Assembly: GCA_963693365.1 (NCBI GenBank)
Contig: CAVNZM010000011.1
Span: forward strand, 8,896,664-8,960,663
DNA length: 64,000 nt
Source: Amoebidium appalachense
Lineage: Eukaryota; Protista; Ichthyosporea
Reading direction: 5' to 3'
Shown here: one piece after another, positions 1 through 64,000 of the stretch
Layout: every line of letters starts with the position of its first letter
Position numbering within the stretch: position 1 is the first letter of the stretch
Made by a program: the position numbers and the translations under genes
The notes under the pieces: generated by a model
The model's input: only the letters and a program-made list of their open reading frames with translations
What the model was told of the DNA's origin: nothing
Databases searched by the model: none

Positions 1-164
1 CCTCTCTTTCCTCCCCTCCTAAATATTCTTTTTCTATTTTTCGGGGGGAGGGGAGGGAAGGAGAGGTGGGGTGGTGGGTGGGTGGGTGAAAGTGGGGGGT
101 GGGGGGGAGGGAGTGGGGGGGAAAAAAAGAGAGAGAGGGGGGGGGGGGGGGGAGGGGGGGTGTT

Positions 165-26740
<26,576 letters not shown>

Positions 26741-27599
26741 CTTCCCAAACGTATATAAACTCAGTGTATCTCTTGCTCACGATCGACCGACAACCATCTT
26801 GTCTAGACTCTCACAGGACGTACATATAGCGAGGCCTTACAATCCGAAACTTTGTATCTATGTAGTGACTCGAACACACAACTCTCTCGCTCTCTCTCTC
26901 TCCCTCTCTCTCTCTCTCTCCCTCTCTCTCTCCGTCCCCGCTTTCTCTCTCGTTGAATCTCGTTCGTTCGCCCAACGAATGCTTTCCTCTGATCAATGGT
27001 CAACCAAACGGCCTTGTGCTTCATCACAAAGCGTTAAAGTTTTAGGGCTGTAGTGCATGACACTGATTAGCATACATGCATCGCAAATCGAAAGCAAGGC
27101 ATCATTAATTTGTGACACTCACGTCAGGCGCCATGATAACACCGGCGATCGATTGCATAACACTTCCAAAGAACGTATAATTGAAACATGCGCCCCATTT
27201 TGCTACATTTACCGATTATTTTGTTTGTGCGAAAGGCCTGGAAATTTAGCAAGTTCATGTGGGGCTCTATGTTTTGGATGCCCAAATCCCGTTGCTGTGC
27301 TAAACTTGTCTGTTTTCTCTCGCTGCCGTGTGACGCTGCTCAAAGATTCGTCCCTCTAGATCATTCACCAGATTCACTCATAGACCTTTTATTTCCTTCT
27401 TTTCTGAAAACATCTTTTCATGAGCAGACCTGTTGAAGCCTCTTTGAACAGAAGGGGGCTAGCAGGCGGGCAGGGCAACACATGTTAGAGAGAAGACCAA
27501 CAGAGACTGAAGGAGGCAACGATTTCAGCTCCCTTTGTTTCCCTTTCCAAATTTTGTGGTCATTATAAATAAGAGAAAAAACAGTTATATCTCGGCAAA
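26741..27599. promoter_or_regulatory. Probable bidirectional promoter region between WASHC2 and SPCS2
   Basis: The start codons diverge 860 bp apart, and the spacer is mostly unique sequence lacking long homopolymers. Confidence 0.55.
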
Positions 27600-29372
27600 A
27601 TGGCTACCGTAACGGTAAGGATTATCGCGTGAGTGTTTACTTATCATAGAATCTGGTGTTGCTAGTGTAAGAAACGTGGTTAGTTGTGGTACATGTGACC
27701 CTCCCTCCCCATGGGCTTCTGACTCTGGTGCTGCATCAGCTCTTTTTGTTCGTATGCGTGTGTCCTTGTATCCTTGCGTGCGTGCGTGTGTTTGCACGCG
27801 CGTGCGTGTACGCCTGTGCATTCGTGCGTGTGTGCATGTGTGGGTGAGTGGGTATGGTTGGGTGGGGGGGGGGGGGGATGCGTGGGTGGGTGGGTGGGTG
27901 GGTGTATGTGTGCGCGTGCGCGCGCGCGTGTGTGTCCGTGTATGTGTGCCCCCAGCTTTTTAAGCAGGTGTGTGTTTTCCTACTTGCACAGAACCTAGAA
28001 AATGTGGTTTGTGTGTCTGTGTTCTCGTTAGGTTACTGCATCATGGCCTGCATGTCCCTTTTCTTGACCAAATTGAGGTTGATCTTTGGTGTGCGGGTTG
28101 AGGAGATTATAGTAACGCGGATTATGGATATTTCCCCGCTGTTGAACTCACGCCTTTTCTTTTCGCAAGTACCTAAGAAAAAGTCGTCCCCTTACCCTTC
28201 TCCCCCTACTTATACCCCCCCCCCCCCCCCCTCCCCTCCCCCCCCCCCCCCCCCCCCCCCACCTCTTTCTCCCTCCGAGCATGGAAGTCTCCCCGGTAAT
28301 GGACTCTTTTTGTGTGCGTTCTGCCTGCACATTTTTGCTATTTCATGGTTTTAGTTCTTGTATTTTGTGACGTTTACCGTTTATTTTTTTGACGTCTCCT
28401 CCTCTGTCGTCCCCTAACGCATACATCACCCGCCCATCCCCCCCCACTTCTTCGCCCCACCCACCTCTGTTCATGCTCCTAGGCACATTAGTATATGCCT
28501 TTTTTTCCAATCTGCTCGTTCAGCTCTGCTCTTTTTAACACGGGTGATTAGCTCTACGCCCCATGATCCTGCACTCTCTATGGCAGGTTCTTGCCCCCCC
28601 CGCCGTCCCCCCCCCCCCCTGCCTGCTCTGCGACCCCCAAGGGCCTTTTCACTTCACTTCCGTCCAATTGCTAACATCGACCCCCCCCCCTCCCCCCCCC
28701 CCCCCTCCCCCCGCGATCGACCTTTACAGAAGACAGAGACACCCGAGACGGTACCTGTTGAGAAATGGAATGGACAGAAGGTCCGCTTTGCCCTTGACGA
28801 CGCCGTAAAGGAGGTGGGTGGGGATAGCCTTATATGGAAGGTGCCATATTTGGAAGGCGGTGGGAACGTAGCAAATACAGTGCAGCTGTGGAAATGGTTT
28901 GAGGAATTTGCGGGGAAAGAGGCCCCCGGGGGAGGAGGGGCCAAAGGGGGAGGTTGAGGTGGGCCTGTGAAAAGTCATGTGTGAAAGAAATACCAAACGA
29001 TGGGAAAAGGGGGTGCTTGGCGGAGAGGGGGGAAGGGGGGGGGGGGGGATTGGACCATCAATCACGAAAGAGCTCCTCTTCTGCATACCTTGCATGCAAT
29101 CCTCTCCCTCTCTCTCTCTCTCTCCCTCCCTCTTCCTCCCATTCCCTCTCCCTCTCCCTCTCCCTCATCCCTCCCCCCTGCCCCTTCCCCCCCGCCCCCC
29201 TCCCCCCCCTCCCCCCCCCCCCCCCCCCCCGCGCCCTCTGCATTTCATTACATACATGCATCACCCCTTCCGCCCCACATCGACCCCCCCCCCCCTCCCC
29301 CCTTCCCCTCTCGCACACCTGCCCCCCCCCCCCCTCCCCCCCCCCCCTCACCCCTCCCCTTCCCCCCGCCCC

Positions 29373-29404
<32 letters not shown>

Positions 29405-29750
29405 TCCCACACACACACACACACACAGAAAAAGTGGGAAATGGGTCCAAATTCTGTGGGTGGCTTTGGGGCCCCCTGAGAATGGGCTGTATTTCTCATG
29501 GATACTGTTTGTGTCTGCTCTGTAATATCAGTATTACGGTATCCGTATGAATGTGTGCTTCGTCCTCTGTGTCACATTACAACCCCAGGAGGCATAGGAA
29601 CCCCCCTGATGATGGGCTCTGTTCAAGTGTCTTCTGCCTGCACGCTTAAATTGTTTGATTTTGGGTTTCCCACTTTTGTGACGCTTTGTTGTTGCTCTTT
29701 GTTGTCTCCTCCATATTTCCAACAATCTAACGCATACATCACCCCCCCCC

Positions 29751-29799
<49 letters not shown>

Positions 29800-30858
29800 A
29801 TATACACACCACACCACCCCCACCCTTCACCCACCAACACCATTCACTAACCCTCCTCCCTCCTTCTGTCCTACCCTCCCCCCCGCCCGCCCTTCCCGTC
29901 CAAACAGGCGTTCAAGAAGCACCACTACGAAGAGTCCCACACCTACACAGACATCAAACTGTTTTTCAGTTTTCTTGCCGTGGCAATCGCGGGATTCGGC
30001 CTGGCGTACAGCTACTTTATTCCCTTCCCGCAATGCCGCACGATTTTGGGGGTGTGCGTGGGTTTGTATTTTGTGATTACGACGGTGGTCCAGGGTGTGG
30101 CGTGGTTCTATGAGGGGAATATTCTCATGTGGGTGTACAAGGTGATGCCGGCAGATGGGAAGGAGGTACGTGTTCTCCCCCTGCCCCTCCCCCCTCTCCC
30201 CGTCTCTACCTCCCTCTCCCTCTCCCTCTCCCCTCTCTTCCTCCCTCCGTCTCTGCCCCACGAGCTCCTTGCCTTCTTCTCTGCCTCCCTTTCTCTCCCC
30301 CTCCCCTCCCCTCCCTCCCCCCTGCAGCCTCGTAGTCCCTTATGCTATCCCCACCCTTCCCCCCTCCCCTACCCCCCCCCCTCCCCCCCCCCCCCCCCCC
30401 CCAAAAAAAAAAACCAAAAAAAAAAACCATAGAAGCAACCCCCACAGACGTGTCTCTAGCCGGCCCCTTTCTTTTGTTGCTAAGACCTTGAGTATGTTAT
30501 TGTGTTGTTATGCTTTCGGTTCGTCTTTTTCTTCTTCTTTCTTCATTTCCAATCTCTCACTGTCTCTTTCTCCCCCTCTCGCTCCTTCATATCCCTCTCC
30601 CACTGTCTCCTTCTCCCCCTCTCGCTCCTTCATATCCCTTTCCTGCCTCCCCCCCGGCCTGGCCCTTGTTCGAAAGAATACGACACGGTGAACGTTTGCT
30701 TACTCACAGACTCGACACACACACACACTCTCACACACACACACACACATACACGCACATACTTGCACATGCACACACATACGCACACGCACACGCACAC
30801 GCACACGCACGCACGCACGCGCGCACACATACACACACACACACACACACACATACAT

Positions 30859-30947
<89 letters not shown>

Positions 30948-31427
30948 CACACACACACGCGCGCGCGCGCGCGGGCACACACACACACACACACACATCA
31001 AACATAAGTTCATACCCGCACACTCGCTCGCTCATTCACTCGTTCACCCATGCACTCACACACATGGGCACACGTGCATGCGCGCGCACACACACACACA
31101 CACACGCACGCACGCATGCATGCACACACACACACACACACACACAAACACAAACACATACTGGTGCTCACACTCACACACACACAGAAATCCAAATCGG
31201 TACCGGCAAAGTTGGAAGTGCACAGTCAAATGGGACGCTACAGTACCGACTACACGCTTTCCCTAGTCGACCCAATGTTACCAAAAGGCAACAACAGCGT
31301 GAAAGTGACAAAGAGCATAGGGTTTTTCGTGGATTGGGAGGGAAACCTTTATAACAGCGTGGTGGAGGGGGTCGTGGGGGATGCAATTGCGGATCTGTTG
31401 AAGAAATATGGAAAGAAGGCGCAGTAA
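27600..31427 (+). CDS. SPCS2: Signal peptidase complex subunit 2 (SPC25/SPCS2), 4 exons, ~198 aa
   Basis: Exons 27600-27614 (MATVT), 28730-28813 (KTETPETVPVEKWNGQKVRFALDDAVKE), 29908-30165 (AFKKHHYEESHTYTDIKL... two TM segments ...EGNIL) and 31188-31427 (...SQMGRYSTDYTL...KSIGFFVDWEGNL...stop). All introns are phase 0 GT-AG. The motifs KW.G..V..ALDD, Y.ESH...D and TKS...F.D..G are typical of SPCS2. The first 15-nt exon is the least certain. Confidence 0.88.
28318..28428 (+). mobile_element. Diverged family A copy, inverted, in SPCS2 intron 1
   Basis: TTCTGCCTGCAC...TTTGTGACGTTT...CTAACGCATACATCACCC matches the reverse complement of the family A fixed end. Confidence 0.6.
29588..29741 (+). 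mobile_element. Family A copy, inverted, in SPCS2 intron 2, ending in poly(C)
   Basis: Reverse complement of ~664-817, followed directly by a C-run. Confidence 0.8.
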
Positions 31428-31853
31428 AGCAGCAGAAACGAATATGTTTGTGTGTTTGTGTTTATGTTTATGTTTGTTTGTTGGTATGTGAATGCATGCT
31501 TGTGTGATGAATGGGTGTGGGTGGGTGGGTGTGCGCGTGTGTGTGGGCCTGTTTGTGCAGCTGGGTGAGCGCAGACATGAGCATTTGGTGGGTTAGGTAT
31601 GGGTGGGTGATATCGTGTTTATGCATAGTTTGATGTATGGTGCAAGACGTAGTAAACAGACCTGGTATGGTCCAATCACAAGGAACTTTGGATTGATATA
31701 TGTCATCCCAAGGATCATTAATATTATGATTAAATGTGCATATTTGTCTGATGTTGGCGAATGTGAACGATTGCCGGTCACTGGCTCTGACAGACTCAGT
31801 GACATGTACATACGTGCATGTGTTTTTGATACACGCCTGTGTGTGGGTGTTTG

Positions 31854-31884
<31 letters not shown>

Positions 31885-31885
31885 A

Positions 31886-31920
<35 letters not shown>

Positions 31921-33285
31921 GGTTAAAGAATTTGTCACAGAGTCCGTTTTACACAGTGCCATACACGGCAAACAAGACAAAACAAATTTTGCGAACGTTG
32001 AACAGCACACACAAAGGGTGTGGTGATGGCGTTCCACGATATCTAAAGTGTGAAAGAGAAATTTCAATGTTGAACGCATTCGGCGTTATAAAGTTTGCAA
32101 CTTGGGCCAAGTACAGTAGTAGCGCCAATTTGAAAACATCTGTTGTGTTTTACCATGAGGCATATATTCCTGCTTTTTTAATTTGATAGAAAGAATGCAC
32201 GCCAGAACTTTCCGTGAATTGCAAAATTCCATAAATAGATCCTTAAATACGAGGTGGCGCCGGCGGTGCCGTTCCCACTATATAGCAATGAAGATCATCA
32301 GGTCTGAGATACTGTGTTAGGTTGCGTGGAAGATTTCTGGAAATCTCTTTGAAAGAGTTCATATATTATTAAATTGTTTTGGTTTGTTCTTTCCGTCTTC
32401 CTCCAGCCTCCACTTTTGGGTACACCGTCCACACATCGGTTGTCGCGAATGCTAATGATCTGGGCGCACAGAGGTTCGTGTTTGTTGTGTATCACCGCCA
32501 TGCTGAGCGTAAAGGCAGCCCCACACTCAGAGGAGCTTAGTAGTGGTGTAGGCAAGAACTGACCCGGCGCCTTACTGTGGTGGTAGCAACCAGCAGTTAC
32601 TAATAACTGAAAAGTAAGAATATCATGTGTAAACCCCCCAATATCGCAATCCAAAAAACAAAAAAAAAAATAATAATAATAATAATAATAATAATAACTT
32701 GTAAGGACCGACAATTCGCGCGCAAACACACCAATTCAATTTAGCCAAATATATAGAAATTTGGATAGGAAGTTTTGGCGCGTTGTGGGGGGGGGGGGGG
32801 GGGGGGGGGGGGGGGATCATACTTGAAAACAGCTAAAAAAAAGAGGGGGGGGGGGGGGGGGGGGAAAGAAGAAGTAGGAATATAGCCTTCGTTAACAGAA
32901 TCTGTCACAACCCGCTTAAAATAGATGCGAAGTTCCCTTGCAAACTGCTCGTGGCATGCCGTGCGTAATGTGCTCTTTTGTGGTTCATTGGATATGGGAG
33001 TTTTGAAAAGCAGTCGTAATAATGTCACATAACCAAGCCATGCATGTGTCAGTGTGTCAATTTGAATTAGAAAGGTTTTTTGCCGAACTTTTGGCTGGCA
33101 GTGCGCGTTTTTTCCCGGCGACTTTTTCTTCCGTTGGCCGCTTCGGACTGCCCGATTTTCACCAGCGACATCTTCTTTCATTTAAATTGTAAGTATATTC
33201 CTGCTTTTTTACCTGCTTTAAAAAAACCTTTTTTTGATGGTGGGATCACTTTTGGATCCCCCTCACCCACTACGTGCACCCCTCC

Positions 33286-33330
<45 letters not shown>

Positions 33331-33567
33331 ACCCCACCACCCACCCACCCACCCGGGGGGGCCCCGCTTTCCCCCCGTAAAACACACTCTGCTGTAACAC
33401 ACAAGCCACGCGTGAATCATTGGAAAAACAAGCACAAAAAAAAGAAAGGAAACAAGTGAGCACATTATATTTTATTTATTTTTTTGCCATGATAATATCA
33501 TGAAGGTGTTGCAAGTAAACAGGAGCACATGTACGCTCAAAGTGCCAACACGTCCCACACATAAGGG

Positions 33568-33602
<35 letters not shown>

Positions 33603-34201
33603 AGTGCTATGGCTATGCCACAACAATTGAAAAGAAAAAACACTTCAAAACAGCGATACCAGATCAGCTATAAGAATTGTGTAAATCCCCTTAACTCATA
33701 CATAAATAGTGTTTACTAATGGTAGCAAAAATGACAGCCTAAAAACATTAGATATTTAATATTATTTGCTTTTGATATCAATATCATAGTCGAAGACAGA
33801 CTTGTTTCATACAGAAAGGCACTGTGGAAATGGGAAAATTTTCTTTTCACCAAAATGGGCTAATCCAATCTGATTAATTTGGTTGGCCAATAATCTATGT
33901 ATACATGTACTTGTGAGAAGCATGATTGAGTTGGTTGTGTATGTACAAAACACAGGCAAACAGTTGGTAACCGTTGTGCGTGTGTGTGACGTGTGTGTGT
34001 GTGTGTGTGTGTGTGCGTGCGTGTTTGTGTGTGTGTGTGTGTATGTAAGTGTGCGCGGTGCAGTGAATGTGCCCTCCACGTCCAGCGTGAGAGACACACA
34101 CATAAACACACACGTGCGCATAGTGCCGTTCGTGATGTGTGTGTGGGCATGTAAGCATTTGCCTAATGCATGAATATTAGGACTTGTCCACACCAGTAAG
34201 T

Positions 34202-34237
<36 letters not shown>

Positions 34238-34348
34238 CCCCCCCCCCCCCCTCCCCCCCCCCCCCTCCCCCCCCCCCCCCCCCCCCCCCCCTCCCCCCCC
34301 CCCACCTTCCCTCCCCTCCACACTCCCCGTCCACCAGAAAGCAATCTC

Positions 34349-49390
<15,042 letters not shown>

Positions 49391-49991
49391 GTTGCAGGTA
49401 CCCCTGCGGGGCGTCACGCCCTAGCACCGCCCTCTGGTGCGCCAAGTCAAAAAATTATGTCATGGAAACGAGCTTAGATCTCTTTGCCAACCGGTCGAGG
49501 TACAGTGAAAAAAACTAACTTTGAAAAAGTAGCTTGACTTCTCCTTGTGGGTTTTCCTAACAGTTACGATGTGTTGAGAATATGAAATCGTTGTTGTGGA
49601 TGCTTCTTAGTCCAATGCTCCAAAGTGTCAAAAGATTCGATTCTGGTTGGTTTCAGTTGGCCCTACAACGTTAACCTTCCAACCTAGAAAGCTCTAACTC
49701 TAATTTGTTCAGAAGTTTGAGTTGGCTACGAAATGCATGCAGAGCTCACGAATTCATTAAATACGACTCATTTCCCAGTGCGTTTTCTGCCAGTTTTCTT
49801 GTTTCAACGAAAGATGGTGAGTGTGATGTTTCTATAGGTCTATTTCAAAGAAAAGAAGATTGACTGACTGAGTCTCAGAGACTCTCAGGGTGACGCAGGC
49901 CGTCATCCAAAACTATCAAAAACCCCACAATATCCCAAAGATAAATGTAATTTGAGGTTAGGGAGAAAAACGAACTGGGCTACTGTCAAGC

Positions 49992-50037
49992 CAAGGCCTC
50001 CTAAATACCACACCGGTGTGGTATTTAGGAGGCCTTG
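49992..50037. mobile_element. 46-bp perfect palindrome with 8-bp target-site duplication
   Basis: CAAGGCCTCCTAAATACCACACC|GGTGTGGTATTTAGGAGGCCTTG flanked by TGTCAAGC at 49984-49991 and 50038-50045. Confidence 0.8.
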
Positions 50038-50517
50038 TGTCAAGCACATGACGTCAAAATGACGTTAAATGAACAAAGAAAACTCGGAGGAAACGCCCGC
50101 TGAAAATGTTATAGGTACCCACAGATAAATTTTTTAGGAGCGTTATAAAAGTATTTTTTTACGTTTCTTTTTCATAGTAAATGAAATATATATCATCAGT
50201 TTATTATATAAAATTTAGGGATTTTGCCCGCAATCAAAGCAAGCCTTCAGTGCATGTGACGCAACGTTGCCGATCATTGGCTGGATGCCGGTCCCCTAGA
50301 GTGCATTTTAATCCCAACAGATTTCGGTATCTCGCACGTCCAGGCCCAGTACCTCTAGATATCAAGAGGCCAGCACACACATCCAAAAAACTTGCAAAAA
50401 GAAAGAAGAAAAAGAAGAAAAAAAAGGGCCCGGGGCGTGCTCGATAGAGCTCTTGAAATAAATAAAACAATAAAAAGGTAGGAATATGAAGGCCACCAAT
50501 AGCAAACATGTATGTAC

Positions 50518-50567
<50 letters not shown>

Positions 50568-50863
50568 GGCTTTCCTCCCCCTACCGTTCGGAAATACATG
50601 TACATGTAAAGTTTTTTGTTTGTACACTGTGCCTCCTCAGTATGCCGTGCATACATATCTCTCCGTTAAATAAATCCAGTCAAAAGAAAAAGTTTCAAGC
50701 CTTCAAAATCACCCCCCGGTAGCTGCTAGTAAGCCTCGGAGTCCTTCCCGTTTGGCACGACACACCGTACAGGGGACGGAGCCTCAGGTATATTCCCGCT
50801 ATGGAGGTAACATGCATGCAAAGGTTTATGTAATTTTGTGCGGTGAAATACTGTGTCCACGGG

Positions 50864-50901
<38 letters not shown>

Positions 50902-50972
50902 AGGGGGAGGCAGGCTTGGGAGGCCTATAGGGGTAACTTTAAAAATAATAGAGGAAGAGAGAGAAAGTGGGG

Positions 50973-51013
<41 letters not shown>

Positions 51014-51124
51014 TTAATATCATGGCTTGGCAATAAGCCGAAGGGACAGGAAGGAAGGAAAGTCATGAAGTGGTTGCCATGGGAAAGGGTGGACCGCAAA
51101 GAAGGGCCCAGGGGAGAGTTTTTT

Positions 51125-51168
<44 letters not shown>

Positions 51169-51358
51169 GGCATCGTCCGACTCGGGGTCAACAGGTGCAA
51201 AAGGTGGAGATGGGTGCGGGTCGAGGACAGGAAAGTAAATTACGTCGAACGTGATCGAGGTTATATTTATTTTGTGTGTGGTTTTTGCTCTGTACACACA
51301 CACAAATGCCGGCACGCACGCACGCATGCGCACACACGCACACACGCACGCGCGCGCG

Positions 51359-51447
<89 letters not shown>

Positions 51448-51982
51448 CCACTCACATTTGTATATTTGATCATCATCAGATGCCGCAATTCCCAAAGCTT
51501 TTCGGTAACAAGGGCCGTCCAGCATCCATACATAATATTTACAAAAGTAGTTTTTTTTCTTGCAGCTTGTGGCAATGATTTTCCCTTCTGGCCTTGATGG
51601 TTTATAAATACTCGTCCCATACATGTACAGTACAAAGTCATTATGTTTGCGGGGCAACTCCCCCCCCCCCCTCCCCCCCCCTTCCTCCCCGCCAAAAAGG
51701 GTTAAAAAATACCCCCCCCCCTCCCGCTCCCCCCCCCTTCCCCCTCCCCCCCCCCCCCCCCAAAAAAAAAAAAGAAAAATCCCCACACACCATACACGCA
51801 CCCACACACATGGGGAAAAAGAGGAGAATATACAAAGAGTACGGTGGGTACACTTCGGATGGAAAACAGGTAAACAACAACAACAACCAAAAGAAAAACG
51901 ATCGGGGTTTTTTCTGTTCTTTTTTTAAAAAAAGAGGAGGGAAAAAAAAAAAAAAAAAAAAAAACCGGCATTTTTCCAGCAA

Positions 51983-62696
<10,714 letters not shown>

Positions 62697-63218
62697 GTTG
62701 CCAACAGGGGTACATGCACACGGTGTGTGCGTGTGCTTGTGTGCGTGTGTGCGTTTGTGCCTTCCCCTTTTAGGTTTGTTTCAGTTTAGCTCCCCTTAAG
62801 CAGGTGCGCGCGTTCCTGTGAATGAACTCTTCCGGATGTGTGCCGTATACAGCTTAGAATTTTAACTATGTTTGTACGAGAATTTGAAACCCTCGGAATC
62901 GTCAGAAGAAAAATTCAAGGCTGAGTTTTCGAAGTGAGCCCTCGTCCGCATTGCAGTTGTAAGGTCCAAAAACAACAGCGGGATCTTCAACAAATAGAAA
63001 ATTAAAACACATTTCCATATATAGTTATAATTGTTAGTATCCATAAATAGGTTCTGTTTAGAGCATCGGATTGGTAGCCTTTGCGAGCCACCGTTGTTTT
63101 CACTTACCAAAAGGGGAAGGTGTTTGAGGCAGGGTTCTAACTATGCGTGTGTTGACAGGGTGCTCAATTTATACTACAAGAGTCCGAGTCACCATGCATA
63201 TTGGTGATGTTCTAACAG

Positions 63219-63259
63219 GAAGATGGGGCAAGAGGGACCGACTGCAGCGGTACTCACAG
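63219..63259 (+). CDS. Possible first coding exon of a divergent gene (MGQEGPTAAVLT)
   Basis: A CTAACAG acceptor-like site, then an ATG, then a CAG|GTGTGT donor, about 500 bp upstream of the sugar porter start. No homology recognised. Confidence 0.2.
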
Positions 63260-64000
63260 GTGTGTGTGAGTGTTGTGTATTGAGTGGGTGTTCTGTTTCG
63301 TGTATGATGGCAGTGAAACAGTAACATGCACCCCCCTTCCCCCCCCCCCCCCCCCCCCCCCCCCTCCCCCCCCCCCCCCCCCCCCCCCCCCCAATTATCG
63401 TCGGCCTTTCTCCCTCCCTCTCTCCCTCCTTTTTCTACACTCATCCCTTCTATCCTTTCCTCTTTATATCCCTTTATTTTCTCTCTCTCTCTTCTTCTCC
63501 CTCCCTCATCCCCTGTTTTCCTCCCTGGCTCCCTCCCGCTTCCCTCCCTCCCTCCCTCCAATCTCCCTCCCTCCCCCCTCCCTCCCCCCACCCGTCCCCT
63601 TCCATCGCTCCCTCCCCCTCCCCCTCTCTAAGTCCATCTCTCCCTCCCTCACTCTCTCGCTCCCCATTTCCCTTTTTCCCCCCTCCCCTTCTCTCCCCCC
63701 CCCCCCCCCCCCCCTCTGCCCGCCGATCAATCTCCTTTCAATTAGTGTGCACATTTACTGCGATGGTTGGCGTGAGCTTCAGGGAAAGGGGGCAGGGAGG
63801 AGGGTGCGGGGAGGGGGCGGGAGGTGAGGGGGGCTTGAAGGGAAAGAGCGAAAAAATTGGGGAGGTATTCAGAAAGCAGAGAGATGAGGTTGGCTGGAGG
63901 CACTTAAGAAGGAGATGCAGAAAGGAATGGATGCCCATTTAGTGAGAGACAGAGCTCAATGGAGAGGTGAAAAGCGAAAGAGATAGATAGCTATGGTTTT

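Noticed and set aside
31960-33200. Gene or transposon in the unique-looking stretch between the SPCS2 and BT1 3' ends (shared TATATTCCTGCTTTTT at ~32163 and ~33194)
   Set aside because: No recognisable protein motif, TIR pair or TSD could be established by eye.

Overview
Eukaryotic (protist-like) genomic DNA. Its long introns are full of (CA/TG)n microsatellites and poly(G/C) tracts, so almost every ORF in the supplied track is a repeat artefact. Four intron-rich genes can be assembled by hand: WASHC2/FAM21 (minus strand, runs off the left edge), SPCS2 (plus, head-to-head with FAM21), a BT1-family folate/biopterin transporter (minus) and a GLUT/SLC2-like sugar porter (minus). The introns and intergenic DNA hold a non-autonomous Ty3/Gypsy-derived LTR element, two MITEs and a 46-bp fold-back transposon remnant. 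The main find is about 20 copies of at least three divergent non-coding element families (here A, B, C). They abut poly(G/C) runs at one fixed end, are variably truncated at the other end, and always lie in the host gene's sense orientation. Despite divergent flanks they share a ~150-nt RNA fold with compensatory base changes, a canonical kink-turn and a covarying pseudoknot. I do not recognise this fold; it is a candidate new structured RNA or ribozyme of a poly(C)-targeting retroelement. All structures and splice models were derived by eye and need computational confirmation.
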